Assembly (NCBI GenBank): GCA_951406725.2
Contig: OX597824.1
Coordinates: 86,862,001-86,926,000, forward strand
Direction of reading: 5' to 3'
Origin: Octopus vulgaris
Taxonomy: Eukaryota
Length of the DNA stretch: 64,000 nucleotides
The translations under genes and the position numbers were made by a program. Shown one piece after another: positions 26,437-40,999 of the stretch. The stretch's first letter is position 1, and every line of letters begins with the position of its first letter. The notes beneath the pieces were generated by a model. The model was not told where the DNA came from. It did not search any database and saw nothing but the letters and a program-made list of their open reading frames with translations.

Positions 26437-27491
26437 CAGGGTGCAATGAGTAAATTGTCAACATTTTATATTTTTAATTTCGTGCATGTGCATTGTTTAT
26501 TTTTGATTTTGTCATTTATACAGTTGGGCACTGTCTGTGAGAAAAACAGTGCCATGATGATGCAGTTCACTCTGCCAGAAATTTGGAAATGATATGCTGT
26601 ACTGCCTAGCATCCACGCTGGAAGTTCCAATATGAACAGATGGTGAACACACAAAACAACCATTGGCTTGCCGTGTCCCCAAAACATGTACCGATAATAA
26701 TAAAAATCAAACATCCAGTCAACATAATGGAGTTTGGAGCAATCACTAATGATGACAATGTTATGCCTCCATTCATCTTCCCACACGGCCTCAGACACAA
26801 TACTGAGGCCTACATGAAGTGCCTGCAGGAGGTAGTGCTCACCTGGGTTGAGAGGGTGGTTGCTGGAAGACCCTATGTCTGGCAACAGGACTCTGCCCCG
26901 TGCCACACAAGTAGGAAAACCCAGTCATAGCTGTCTGACAATTTCTGCAACCACATCACCCCTAACTCCCCTGATTGCAACCGAAGTTGTCTGGAGGCCT
27001 TGGTTGAAGCCAATGGCAATTTTACTAAATGAATTTACTCTTTAGTATTCTGGCATCCGAACGTGGCCGATGTCAGCGCCACCTCGACTGGCTTCTGTGC
27101 CGGTGGCACATAAAAAGCACCATCCGAACGTGGCCGATGTCAGCGCCGCCTTGGATGGCTTCCGTGCCAGTGGCACGTTAAAAGCACCAACCGATCGTGG
27201 CCGATACCAGACCCCCCCCCTGACACCTGTGCAGGTGGCACGTAAAAAGCTCCCACTACACTCGCGGAGTGGTTGGCGTTAGGAAGGGCATCCAGCTGTA
27301 GAAACACTGCCAGATCAGACTGGAGCCTGGTGCAGCCTCCTGGCTTCCCAGACCCCGGTCGAACCGTCCAACCCATGCTAGCATGGAGAACGGACGTTAA
27401 ACGATGATGATGATGATATCTGTTAAAATGAGATGTCAGTGTTATTTTCACTTTTACGTAATTTAGACGACAATATATTCACTACACCCTG
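26437..27491 (+). mobile_element. Degraded Tc1/mariner-superfamily (maT/DD37D-like) transposon with a nested RTE 3' fragment
   Basis: CAGGGTG...CACCCTG termini; transposase remnant KHPVNIM...MPPFIFPHGL...RPYVWQQDSAPCHTS...NSPDCN with stop codons. Confidence 0.8.
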
Positions 27492-27497
27492 TGTATA

Positions 27498-27543
<46 letters not shown>

Positions 27544-28605
27544 TCATAAGCTCAGAGAATGGTGAGGAAATGACTCATATTTTACGTCTAGTTTGGTTTC
27601 TCATAATTTTAAGTTCAAATCCTACCAAGATCATATGTCAGTAGCATACTGAAATCAGGTTAATTGACAACACTCCGTTAACAAAAAGAACATTATACTC
27701 AGACTAATAATATAATTAAGCTGTTAATTTAGCACACATACTTTTTAGTAATTTAAGTCTTTAATAAATTTCAAATCTCTTCAGTGTAGCCTCATATCTA
27801 ATTTCAAGTATACTTTTTCTTTATATGTATGTATGTATATACTCTTTACTCTTTTACTTGTTTCAGTCATTTGACTGCGGCCATGCTGGAGCACCGCCTT
27901 TAGTCGAGCAAATCGACCCCGGGACTTATTCTTTGTAAGCCCAGTACTTATTCTATCGGTCTCTTTTGCCGAACCGCTAAGTGACGGGGGCGTAAACACA
28001 CCAGCATCGGTTGTCAAGCAATGCTAGGAGAACAAACACACACACATACATATATATACATATATACGACAGGCTTCTTTCAGTTTCTGTCTACCAAATC
28101 CACTCACAAGGCTTTGGTCGGCCCGGGGCTATAGCAGAAGACACTTGCCCAAGATGCCACGCAGTGCGACTGAACCCGGAACCATGTGGTTGGTTAGCAA
28201 GCTACTTACCACACAGCCACTCCTATATATATAAGGTGCCATGTAAAAAGCATTGGTACTGATACCATGTAAAAAGCATGGGTGATGGTGCCATGTAAAA
28301 AACGCTGATGATGGTGCTACGTAAAAAATAGTACCAGTCCAAGGTAGAATATTCTTGGAATTGTTAGATCATTGGATGAGATGTCTTGTGGTATTTTGTT
28401 TTGGTTCTGCATTTCTGAGTTCAAATCACAGCTTGTTACTGAAAAATAGTCATGCTTCTGTCAAGAATTGTGAATGACATTGTGTCATCTATTTGAAAAG
28501 TCAGTACGTGCAGATGTGGCTGTGTGGTTAAGAAATTTGGTTCCTTAACTCATGGTTTCAGGTTCAGTCTTGCTGCATGGCATCTTGGGCAAGTATCTTC
28601 TGCTA

Positions 28606-28825
28606 TGATGGGGTACTGAAACATTCCTGGCTTTAAGGATATTATGAAAGGCCTGATTGGAGACCCATCCTTCTAAGTTCTTTTACAGGGCTTAGAAAAA
28701 CTGAAGGACAGCCACAATAAGTAGGTGAATCTGAGAGGGGGACATGTTGAATACAATTCATAATTAGCTGATCCTCCTGTATTTTCTTTTAGCCAAAGCC
28801 TGGACCTTTCCAGCATCCCCTTGTA
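28606..28825. mobile_element. Old mariner-like MITE (partial inverted copy at ~58822-58930)
   Basis: Degenerate TA(C/T)GAGGGG...CCCCT(C/T)GTA termini; internal similarity to 58822-58930. Confidence 0.55.
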
Positions 28826-29515
28826 TATCCCTGGGCTGACCAAAACCTTGTGATGAATTTGGTAGGCAGAAACTGAAAGAAGCCTGTCACACGTGTGTGT
28901 GTGTGTGTGTGTATGCTTGTGTCTTCTTGTCTGTATCAGCTGATTGTTGTAAATGTATGTTGTTCATTTCCAATAGTCTGTGCAAATACATCTGTCCGTG
29001 GGGGAAATATTACCTTGCTTGGAGACAGGTGAGAGTTGGTGACAGGAAGGGCACCTGGCTCTAGAAAACCTTCAATAAACTCTGTCCTACCCATGCAAGC
29101 CGGGAAAAGAGGATGTTGAAACAATGACAATAATGATTAATGTAAATGTAGTTTTGATCAGCAGATTAAATGCCACCCTCACCTGAACCTTGGAAGGACA
29201 CCTAACTTATTCCAATAAGCTTCTTCTTTAAGCCCTTCTTTCCCAAGGAGCAGAAGCCATCGATGACTTTTCTCCACATTTCTCCACCCTGGGTTGTCCT
29301 TTCTGCTTCTCTCCACTTGTTTCGGTCATGCTGGAGCTCTGCCTTGAAGGGTTTTAGTTAAATAAATCCAGTTCAGGACTTGTTTTATTGGTCCCTAAGC
29401 TTAGTACTTATGCTATCAGTCTCTTTTGCCGAACTGCTAGGTTATGGGAAAGTAAACAAATGCATCAACACCGGTTGCCATGCAGAGACAGGTGGGGACA
29501 AACACAGATGCAAAG

Positions 29516-29554
<39 letters not shown>

Positions 29555-30510
29555 AATAATAATAATAACAATAATGATATACAATGGGCTTCTTTCAGCT
29601 TCTGCTACCAAATCCAGTCACAAGGCTTTGGTTGGCCTGAGGCTATAGTAGAAGACACTTGCCTAGGTGCCATGCAGCAAGACTGAACACAGAACCATGT
29701 GGGTGGGAAGCAAGATTCTTATCACACAGCCATGCTTGGATCCTTGCTTTTTAAGCTCTACCTAAGTATTTTGCCTCTAACTGTTTTAAGGGCATTTTCA
29801 TTTCTGGTTCCCTTGTGGGTTATGTTTTCCCGAGAGAGGGATTGCCTTCTTCTCCCAGGTTTTGTTGGTTTTGAATTGTCATCGGTGCTTCTGTAACTTT
29901 GCTTTTTCTTAGGTAGGGCTGCCAGCTGTATGCAAACCCATTTTTACCTCTCGTAAGAGGTGGTCCTTATTAGTCTGGTCTCTATCCTTTGACGTGTTCA
30001 GTCCTACCAAGAACCTGCCCTCCACTGAAATAGCTCTTGGGGGTCACCGAGGCTCACAAGCTTCTGAACTACAATACACGCTAACTTTTGCCATTCTGTT
30101 GGTTATTCTAATAACCCATTTGCAGATATCATTTAATTTGTTGAGTAATTTCATTCATGCTTGCATTTCATTCATGCTTGCATAATTTTAAAAACATTAC
30201 AAATATTTCTGTAGTTTTTTCCATAAATACCATTAGTAATGGCTTGGGTGTATCATTTTCTAGTCCCCACCATACATTAGAATAATGTGGTTGCATTTTA
30301 GATGCTGGTTTGAGTTAAAAGCAGGCAAAACTTTGGAATTGTACCAACATGAAAGATGATTTTTTGTTTGTTTTGTTTTTCAATAAAGATTCATAGATCG
30401 TGAACAAGATGTTTGGATAATATTCACAGACTCAGTTGATTACGCTTGGGAATCCATCAAGAGAGTTTAACAGCAGTTGTTTCCGATAGGATCCTATGGA
30501 GGAGGTTCGT

Positions 30511-31005
30511 GGAGGCACGTGACTTAGTGGTTAGGGTGTCAGCATCATGATTGTAAGATTGTGGTTTCGATTCCTGGACCGGGTGACACATTGTGTTCTT
30601 TAGCAAAACACTTCATTTCATGTTGCTCCAGTCCACTCAGCTGGCAAAAATGAGTAATGCTGCGATGGACTGGCCTCCCGTCCAGCCGGGGGGAACACAT
30701 ACGCCATGGAACTGGTCCCATGAGCCTGGCTAGGCTTTAAAAGGGCGCATTTATTTTTGTGGAGGCACGTAGTTTAGTGGTTAGGATGTCAGCATCATGA
30801 TTGTTAAGATTGTGGTTTCGATTCCTGGACTGGGTTATGCATTGTGTTCTTGAGCAAAACACTTCATTTCACGTTGCTCCAGTCCACTCAGCTGGTAAAA
30901 ATGAGTAATCCTGCGACGGGCTGGCGTCCCATCCAGGTGGGGAATTTCTACGCCCCTGAAACCGGGAAACCGGCCCTTATGAGCCTGGCATGGCTCGAGA
31001 AGGAA
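30511..31005 (+). mobile_element. Two tandem copies of tRNA-derived SINE family D (Meta-domain-like core). Other copies: ~9920, 13735, 36183, 50381, 63180-
   Basis: Head GGAGGCACGTG(G/A)CTTAGTGGTTAGG...GGTTTCGATTCC, core TGTGTTCTTGAGCAAAACACTT...GCTCCAGTCCACTCAGCTG. Confidence 0.82.
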
Positions 31006-33062
31006 CATATGGAGGAGGTGCCTGAGAATTCTACCCAGCAGCTCTCCCAGGAATAGGAGGTAGCGAAAATGAATGGGTGGATAATAAAAATACTGATCAA
31101 ATTTTTCCTTTTAATAATTCAAAGGAGAAAGGCTCTGAACATGGAAGGTGAAATTTTCTAGTTTTGTCCGTCTTGATAAATAATATGTCTGGTCTATTTC
31201 ACATGAGTCTCATGGTTAATTCAGAGTAAAGGGAAGACTGGAAACCTATTAAATGAAAGCATACAGTTATACAGTGTCACTGATTGCAAGAACATTGGCA
31301 CAGGTGTGGCTGAGTTGTTAATCCTTCATGGGCTGGCGGGGTTGGAATTGTACAAAAGACCATTGGGGTTCCCCTTTTATTTTTGTGCATTTCTACACTA
31401 TCCATAAAGTAATATTTGTTTAATCTTGTATACTGTAAATCCTCGAGCATAGTCCGCCCTTGAGTATAATACGCAGGGGATTTTGACCTTTAAATTTTGG
31501 GGGGAAAATGCGGATTGTTCTCGAGGATTTACGGTATATGTGTGAGTGCATGATACAGAACAAGAAATTTAACGCTTTTTTTTTTGTAGTTTTATAAACT
31601 GTACATATAGCACTAAATATAAAATAAAACAAAAAGAATAAAAGAAAAAAGTATATCGATTCATACTAGTACAAATATGAAGAAAATTGACTTATAGTTC
31701 ATCAGAATATCTGAAAAAAGAACAGAAAAATATAATTTCACAGAGGGTCAATGGGGTTCAGCCGGACCCCAATGACCATATTTTATGCTATAATATCCAT
31801 ATGACTGGGAATTTTTAACTCTAAATTTGTTTATGCGTACATAAACTATTGACAATAAAAGTCATAAAATATAAAATCATTTAAATAAAAAATGTAAAAG
31901 TTGCATAACTTTTAAAATTTGCTGAGGTCCCAACGGACCCTGCTGGCCCACAAAGGGTTTTGGATTCAGCCCCACTTTGCTGTTCCTTGCCTGAAACAGG
32001 TAAGGGCTGGTGACAGGAGAGACATCCATCTAATAGAAAGCATGGAAAAGCAGACATTAAATGATGATGATGGTGTAAAGTCTTTGAGCTAATTACATCC
32101 TATTCCCAGGATGACCACAACTTTACTTTCCCCAAATAAACCTGAAGTCGTATACTTATGTAAGAAATCAATATTTCTCTGAGCTCGACTATCTAAACAT
32201 TTATGCTTTCCAAGAATCTGCTGAGCTTAATTTCTATTTTATAAATACCATGACAGTCATTAGATGTTAATGCTAATTGAATTAGTCACTTTCTTTATTT
32301 CTAATATTATCACATTGTCTACCATATGGAATTTCAATCTCAGTAGCATTTAAAAAAAATTAGGATTACATTTATCATACGCTCTACTCTCCCCCCATGT
32401 TTTTTTCTCTCTCTCTCTCTTTTGCTCTTTCACACACACACACACACACACATACGAACAAAATGCCCCTCGTCCAATGGACGGTGCTGAGTTGTCAAAC
32501 ATTTAAGCCAAATTTTCTCAAAACAACTTGTCCGCCTGTCCCATAGGCCTCCCCGTTGAGAAACACTGATTTAACCTAAATTTGAGCCACCAGCAAAAGA
32601 AGAAATAAAGATAGACTTTTTTTCTTTTTCCAAAGAAAAACGATTTCCCACGGCTTTATCGATCGCATTCTCACCTGGAATCGATTTTTGTAATCTTTTC
32701 AAGACTTACACATGCCCTGATACCATCAGTATCTACATATCAAATTTGAGCGCAATCGAATGGAGGATGCCTGAGATCCTAGAAGCCACATACACAAACA
32801 GAGACAGACAGTACGGATTTTATATAAGAGATATGATCACCATTTTAATGTCCACCTTTCCCTACTTGCATTTACTGAGGTAGATTTTTTTACAGCCAGA
32901 TGTCCTTCATGTTGCCAACCTTCACCTGTTCCCCCAAAAAAGGTATTGTTTCCTCATAGCCAGGTATGTTCTCGCATGATATTGGAAATGAATGATATTG
33001 TTTTTATGAAAGTGACATTCATTTACAACTATCATGCAATGCCAAGGAAAGGAGAGGGATGG

Positions 33063-33103
<41 letters not shown>

Positions 33104-33506
33104 TGCATGCACGTGAGACAGGCTTCTTTCTGTTTTCATCTGCCAAATCTTCCATTCCATACTGTATTTCAAGGATACAGTAGAAGACACTTCCCCAAGG
33201 TGCTGTGCAGTGGGACTGAACCCCAGAACTCATAGCTGGGAAGCAAGTTTCTTCATCATGCACCAATGCTAGCTCTTATCTCTTTCTCTCTTTTGCTTGT
33301 TTCAGTCATTTGACTGCGGCCATGCTGGAGCACCACCTTTAGTTTGGAGCAAATCGACCCCAGGACTTATTCTTTGGAAGCCTAGTACTTATTTTATCGG
33401 CCTGTTTTGCCGAACCGCTAAGTTACGGGGACGTAAACACATCAGCATCGGTTGTCAAGCAATGTTGGGGGGACAAACACAGATGCACAAACATATACAC
33501 ACACAC

Positions 33507-33565
<59 letters not shown>

Positions 33566-35184
33566 TACAATGGGCTTCTTTCAGTTTCCGTCTATCAAAT
33601 CCACTCACAAGGCTTTATTCGGCCCAAGGCTATAGAAGAAGACACTTGCCCACATGGTTTTCAGTTCAGTCCCACCGTGTGGCATCTTGGGCAAGTGTCT
33701 TCTACATCACCAGGCTGACCAAAGCTTTGTGAGTGGATTTGGTAAATGAAAACTGAAAGAAGCCCATTGTGTCTCCTTGTCTTTTCATCATATGGTTGTT
33801 GTAAATGAATGTCGAACATTTCTAATATTTGGCAAAAAAACAGGTCTGGACATGGAAAACTATTACCTTACATGGAAACAAAAAGCTAGCAACAGGAAGG
33901 GCATCAGGACATAGAAAATCTGCTTCAGTAAATTTCATGCAAGTTTGGAAAAGTGGACATTAAAACGATGATGATGTTGACGACAATGACAACGTTTCTA
34001 TAGTAACAAAGCCCACTACATTTGATAAATCTTATCCCTATTTTGTCCCCTTAACTCATTTGAGCTTCGTTGTTCATGTTCACTAACATTACCCATCCAG
34101 CAGAGCATAGTTATCTACCATATATGCTGGTGCATAACGCAACTGGGGGTACAAAAAAGTGGGTTTTGAGCTATACTTGCTGTATAGTTTTCGTGGAAAA
34201 TAGCTCGGGCACCAAAGGTATGAGGTTCATAGCTAAAGGGGTCGGGTGGGCTGTAGCTTTCCCAGCGGCCCCTGAAGCTTTTCTTGTGTTTCAATCAATA
34301 AATTTTGTATGCAACAATTCTGCAGTCTTGGTTGTTTAAAATTAATCAAGTCCTTTTCAAAAAGCGGCTAAATGTTTTAAATTACCTACTATAATACACA
34401 TCTAAGTTAATGTTCAGATTTTATACAGGGGTATATAAGACAACCCCTAGTTCTGGGGTGATTTTTTTTTAAAGTTCAGATACTGTCCTGTATGCCAGTA
34501 TATACAGTATTTACTATCTAATGGTCACACTCTCTACATTCAAAGCTCCTAATTTACTATACACAATCATCATGCTATTGGCAATTAGTTTGGGGAGAGA
34601 ATCCTTTTGTTGCCATCAAAAGTAATACCATATTTATTCTTGTGTATTAGTTGAGCTTGTGTATAAGTTGCACCCTCAGTTTTTTTTTTTTTCTTTTACA
34701 ATTAAAATCAAGTATGAAATAGTTTGAACTTTTCCCACTCAGTTATAACTATTAAGTTTTAGTGACATTTTCTCCGCTGTTAATTAGGTCAACTATTTCT
34801 AGCAAACTTTTTGAAAGTCAACAGAATTCAGTTCATAGCTGCTATTTCTGCCAACCGATCCTGTGTAACTGCCTCACTAACACCTAACTATTATTACCAG
34901 AAAAAGTATAAAGACTTTCAAACCGACCATTCAGATTTCTCTGTGAAATGTAATACTTAATTATTCACATTGTTTTCAATTGTTCTTGCATTATCTTGTC
35001 ACATTGTTGGGTAGGTCCGAGAGGCTAGATATGGCTGGTTGAATAAATCGACTCCACTATTGAAGCCTGGTACTATTTTGTTGATCTCTTTGACTGAACT
35101 GCTAAGTTATGGGCATGTAAACAAACTAACACAGGTTGTCAAATGGTGATGGTGGGCACACAAAACACACACTATATATATATG

Positions 35185-35239
<55 letters not shown>

Positions 35240-35576
35240 ATGTATGTGTGTGTGTGTGCATGTATGTGTGTGTGTGTGCATGTATATGTGTGTGTGTGCA
35301 TGTATATGTGTGTGTGTGCATGTATATGTGTGTGTTTGTATGCATGTGTGTGTATATATGTGTGTGTGTGGTGGGGTACATACGCACACACACACATACA
35401 CACACGCACACTATGTATGTATATATATATATATGTGTGCGTGCATGTATATGTGTACATACATATGTATATGTGTATATGTATGTGGGTATGTATGTAT
35501 ATGTATATATGTGTATATATGTATGCACATGTGTATATATGTATGCATATGTGTGTATATATATGTGGGGTGGGGT

Positions 35577-35614
<38 letters not shown>

Positions 35615-36122
35615 GCTTCCACACAATTTCGATTCACACACAAGGCATTGGGCTGCCCAAGGTTATAGCAGAAAACGTTTGCCCAAGATGTCACACAGTG
35701 GGACTGCATACTTGCAAAGCAAACTTCCTTAAGCACTCAACCATGTCCATGAAAGCTCATCCTATAAGTGTGTGTATGTGGGTGGGTTGGGTTATTATAT
35801 CAGTTTAAAAAGACATTTTTATTGCCAGCAAATCAGTGCACCAAACAAAAAAATGCATTGTGCTGTTTGTTCCACCCGGGTGACACGATCACTCCCTTAT
35901 CATTCTCTCGCTATTATAAAATATAATGAACCAGAGGTTGGTCTGTTAGAAACCTACAACAAATGAGGCGTTTTAGTAACAGTGTCGTAAACACCACCCC
36001 CGGCCATTTTCGAGGTTAGTATATCTTGATGTTTGTCTTTATTGCACCAATCTTTTCCATTTGACCCAAATTGCTTGAGTAAATAGTTTTTCCATTGTCA
36101 TGGAGGCCTTCCAAGTGGTCTT

Positions 36123-36427
36123 TTCTCCACTCATTCACTGAACCATTTCTCATTCCAATTCTGTCTAACCTTCCCTACTGGTGAAGGCATGTGGCCAAGT
36201 GGTTAGGGTATTTGGCTCACAGCTGTAAGGTTCTGAGTTCAATACCCACCAGTGCACTGTGTCCTTCAGCAAGACATTTTATTTCACATTGCTCCACTCC
36301 ACTCAGCTAGCAAAAATGAGTTGTTTCTTATTTCTTTATTGCCCACAAGGGGCCAAACAAGAACAGACAAAGGGATGAAGTCGATTATAACGACCCCAGT
36401 GTGTAACTGGTACTTATATATTCGATC
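36123..36427 (+). repeat. ~305-bp segment duplicated in inverted orientation at 44472-44776
   Basis: Near-identical reverse complements; ORFs 36252+ and 44408- share an identical first 56 residues. Confidence 0.9.
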
Positions 36428-38923
36428 TTTGGCTTCCATTACTCTGCAATCACATTGTTCACTCCACTCCATTCTTGATGTTTAGAATCCGAAAAAGTTA
36501 GGAGGAAGAACTGGTGAGGCTTGCAAAAAGGTTGAAAAGAATTGTACCTCGATGCTGTTGTCACGATGTACACTCACCCAAACTTGGACCAGAGGGTTTA
36601 GTAACACCCCATAGTAAGCACACACCCTCAATCAATAACCTTGGTGTAGTCCCTGTATCGTTTTTCAAGGTGTTATGGCTTGTTTTCTAATATTCCTCGT
36701 TACCATCGTAACAATAATGGGCTAATATCTTATTATCTTGTCTCACCTCTTAAAGATACTTACCTTGGTATATTAACACACAAACAATACCTTTGAGGGT
36801 CTCTCTCTGTTTTTCTAGGTATTATGGCTAAAATATGCAATGCGATACACCATTTCGTAGTACTGGTATATCTACAAAATGAGAAAGATGCAGTCATTGT
36901 TTTATCTTTCAGATGAATACATAAATAAATAAATTTACATAGGTGGAATGATTAGAGGAGGTCTTCATGGTCATTTTAAGACCAAAACCAGCTTCCTAGC
37001 TTCATTCCTTGCTGAGATATCGCATTCTGAAAGTCTCAAAACTTTGCGTTTTTCTCGGCTTTTAAGTTGTGGCACTTACGATGGTCTGTTACTAAATGCC
37101 TTGAATGTACAATACATTGTTTTTCCTTCCTCTAAATCAGTGGTTGTCAACTGGGTCCTTATGACCCTTGGGGATCTAAATAACCCTTGGAACCAAAGCA
37201 TTCCACAGGCAAAAATTAGTTGAGAACCACTACATTAAAACATCTGATGTCTAATAAGTCATTATTGAATTGGTGTCACCAAATAGGCAGTGTCAAAGCC
37301 ACTGTGCCAAAATGTCTTATCCCCAGCAGTAGTGACTGAAAACTAATAGTCAGCATGTGGAATAAATATGTTCCTAGTCAACTCAACCATTGCTAACTCA
37401 TTCAGAGCTGCCTTAGCTGCATTACAGACTCCAGGGCCCTCTACTATTTACTTACTGAAAACAAGTTGCAGCATACATAGATCTGAATTAGGCCCCTGGG
37501 TAAATCAATGCACTAGCTAGGTCCTGTAGTATTTTTTATTGACAGTATGCAACAATATACATAGATCAGAACTGAGCCTCTAGACCAGTGCTTTGCAACT
37601 GGTACACTGTGGCACACTGGAGAGGATGCTAGGGCAAAATGCTTAGTAGTATTTCGTCTGTCTTTACGTTCTGAGTTCAAATTCTGCTGAGGTCGACTTT
37701 GCCTTTCATCCTTTTGGGGTCAATAAATTAAGTACCAGTTACGCACCGGGGTCGATATAATCGACTTAATCCGTTTGTCTGTCCTTGTTTGTCCCCTCTG
37801 TGTTTAGCCCCTTGTGGGTAGTAAAGAAATAGGTATTTCGTCTGCCTCTACGTTCTGAGTTCAAATTCCACCGAGGTCGACTTTGCCTTTCATCCTTTCG
37901 GGGGTCAATAAATTAAGTACCAGTTACGCACTGGGGTCGATATAATAGACTTAATCCCTTTGTCTATCCTTGTTTGTCCTCTCTGTGTTTAGCCCCTTAT
38001 GGGTAGTAAAGAAATAGGTTTTTGAAAAGAATATAAGTGTACCACAAGTGAAAATAAAAAGGGTGTGGAGCACACCTGTGAGGCCCCTGGGCAACTGTCC
38101 TGTGTGCCCACCTCTCAAGGTGACACTGAACTTATTGTGCTATTAAGGTGTGGGTGGTGTTTTAATGATTTTATAATGTGCTGAGCTGGGGTGGTCTTGT
38201 GCTGATGTGCACTATACTTTTATTGTGTTTAAGACATGTTGCTGTCCAATCAATTGACTGTAAATTTTTCTCATGTTGCACATCTGGCTTGGTGAGGTAC
38301 TTAATTCTCATTGCACTCTGTGACCCACCTAGTGTAAGACCTACTTGATACTGCTGGTTATGAGTGAGAAAAATATTTTAGTAGCTGTGTGCCCCACCCA
38401 CCCAACTACCCACTGATCATAAAACTCTGAATGTTTAGTTGTATATGGTTTTTTTTCTCTTGTTTTTTTTTTTTTCTTTTTCTTCTTACAAAAGGATGAT
38501 CGATGTTCTGCAACACTCTCTCAAATATATACCTTCCTCCTCCTCCTCTTCATCATCATCATCTTAATCATTCTGTGTCCACTTTTCCATGCTTGCATGA
38601 ATCAGACAGAATCTGTTGTGGCAAATTTTCTATGGTCAGGTACCCTTCCTGTCATTGACCTTCTGTTTCCAAGCAAGGTAAATACTTCCCCAAGGCCAGA
38701 TATACTTTCGCAGACTACTGGAAATGAAGGACATTGCTCATATGACAGCAACCGTCATTTATGACTATCACACAATGTCAAGACAAGGAGACACAAACAT
38801 GTGCATATTCACATGGTGCCACACAGTGGGACTGAAGCTGGAACCATGTGGTTGATAAGCAAGCTACTTACCACACAGCCACTCCTACGCCTATGTTGAC
38901 AATAACACCAAAGTCATGTTCAT

Positions 38924-39356
38924 GGATCTTTTCGGTTTGAACGGCAGTTTTTAACATAATTTCTAGATAACTAAAAAATTTTAAACTTCATATACTGGTA
39001 GAATGAGTTTATAAAACATCTTTTTCTCTTGGCTTTATTGAGAAAATTCTATAGTTTGTAAGATATTCGTTGTTTTTTTTCTTCAATTTCTGCAATTTCA
39101 ACCAATCAAATACGTCTATTGAGGTAAAAAACATTCTGTGCCATAAGAATATGTCCCTCGTTTAAGAAACAGATTGGGTTTATTTACATTTCTGAAGAAA
39201 AAAGATACCCTTCCGCCCACCCCTAACCCTAACTAACCTTAACCCTAACCCTAAAACAGATTGAAATGCAATAGATCGATACTAGGGTCATAATTATGGG
39301 TGACAATTTCATATGACACCGCTAGAAAAAAACTGCTGGTCAAATCGAAAAGATCC
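38924..39356 (+). mobile_element. MITE with ~28-bp TIRs and internal (CCCTAA)n
   Basis: GGATCTTTTCGGTTTGAACGGCAGTTTT...AAAACTGCTGGTCAAATCGAAAAGATCC; flanks ATGTTCAT / ATGTTCAC. Confidence 0.85.
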
Positions 39357-39479
39357 ATGTTCACTAGCAGACTCCTTAAAGTTGGAGTTGTGGAGTGAGT
39401 AGGTAAATTCCAAGCTTTTTGCTCTCAAAATGTATGGAGGTGCACTTGTCTGCAGCCTGCTTGAGTCACTAGTCAACAA

Positions 39480-40960
39480 TTTCTTACTAATTGTTTTCAA
39501 GTCAAATTGCCAGAAAGCTCTATAGCAAACAGGATTGGGGGTTTTGTCTTTTTTGTTTTGTTTTTATCATAAAGTACAGCTTAATGTCATCTGCATGTTT
39601 TAACACATAAACATGTTTTGTGTTGGCATCAGTTTCATTAATGTATGCAACAAATAAGAGGGAACCAAGAACAGAGGCCCTGTAGGACATCAGATGTCAT
39701 CATATACGGTGCAAAATGTTATCCTGGTATTGCAACAAATGCTTTGGATTTCAACCAGTAATGTTTGCCCATTGCAGAGAGATTCACTCTAAGTCATTTG
39801 TATGGCACAGAATTAAAGGCTTTGGCAAAGTCAAGAGAGATGACATCCATTCATGAGCTATTAGGTTGTCCAGAAAGTTCATGCCAATTTTTAATGGAAA
39901 GAAAAAGGTCAATATATACTTGTCATTACATTTTTATTCAACCAAATGTGAACCATTTTGTTGTACAATGCGTCTCCATCTTTCCTTTAACTTGAAAATA
40001 CCCTCTTCCCAGAATTGAGGTGGTTTCATGGCAAAGAATCTTTTTACGTCATCCTAGGAATTGAAATTTTTACCATTAAGACTAATCTGCAGAAACCTGA
40101 ATAAGTGGAAATCCGAAGGAGCAATATCTGGTGAATATGGAGGGTGGGGTAACACATCCCAGTCGAGCTGCAGCAATTTTTATCTGGTTCCCAAAGCATC
40201 AAGTGCCGAAAATGAACTTTTTTATCTTCCATTTGAAAGGGTTACAGAATTAACACAGGTTATAGGAACACAAATCTTCTTCCATGAAAAGATAGCTTAA
40301 ACTGTGTTCTAAATGGAGGTGTAGTCAAATCCTATTTTATGGACTCAACCATGTTCTAAAATAAGTCGAAAGCTAAGCTACTATAAATCGGCATAAACTT
40401 TCCGGACAACCCAATACAATCTGTGATTTAGGTGATGTCTTCAAGAAATTTAATGAGCTGGCCACAACAGCTGGAGTTGGAGATAAATCCAAACCATAAG
40501 GGTCAAATAAGGTTATGAGGGTTCCAGAAGTTCCAAAGTATCTCTCTGACACAGGACTGTCAATATGGTCATTCAACTTGTGAAACTGACCAGACAACAA
40601 CTAACAAATGATGTACAGTCACCCTTAACACTGGCAATTTTCCACTGTTCTGAGGGGTAGCACAGTTATTAAGGTAGTTATTTAAAAAAGTAGTGAAAGC
40701 TGGTGCAGTCGAAAGAGCCTGCTGCATTTGAAAAGCAGACATGTAACACAATCAAGAGCAGGGGCCATATAGCTGCACATATGTCTGATACGGTTGAATG
40801 CTCTGTTGCACCTTCTATTACTCTCTTCTACGTGATTTGAATTCACGTTCAGCATCCTGTTGCTCTTTCCTGTTTGGGTAGGCTGCTGCAGTCTCACCAT
40901 ATTGCACTTTGGGGGTTTCTAATGGACTTCCATGATATGATATGCTTTGCATGCGGCTCA
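39480..40960 (-). mobile_element. Degraded CR1/L2-group LINE reverse transcriptase fragment, interrupted by the mariner
   Basis: Minus-strand remnants VISLDFAKAFN (~39812-39845), SVLGSLLFVAYINE (~39637-39680) and VLKHADDIK (YADD-like, ~39581-39606). Confidence 0.75.
39861..40414 (-). mobile_element. Second copy of the same deleted mariner, nested in a LINE RT fragment
   Basis: Same TIRs, TA duplication and deletion junction as 23975-24540. Confidence 0.92.
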
Positions 40961-40999
40961 GATTGAATTAAGAATATACTGAAGATAAGTACCGACATA

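Noticed and set aside
36505-36550. CTGGTGA...GAAA hammerhead-like string
   Set aside because: Core mutated and stems I and III are not supported.
39220-39255. Telomere or chromosome-fusion relic
   Set aside because: The CCCTAA units are internal to a MITE present twice in the window.
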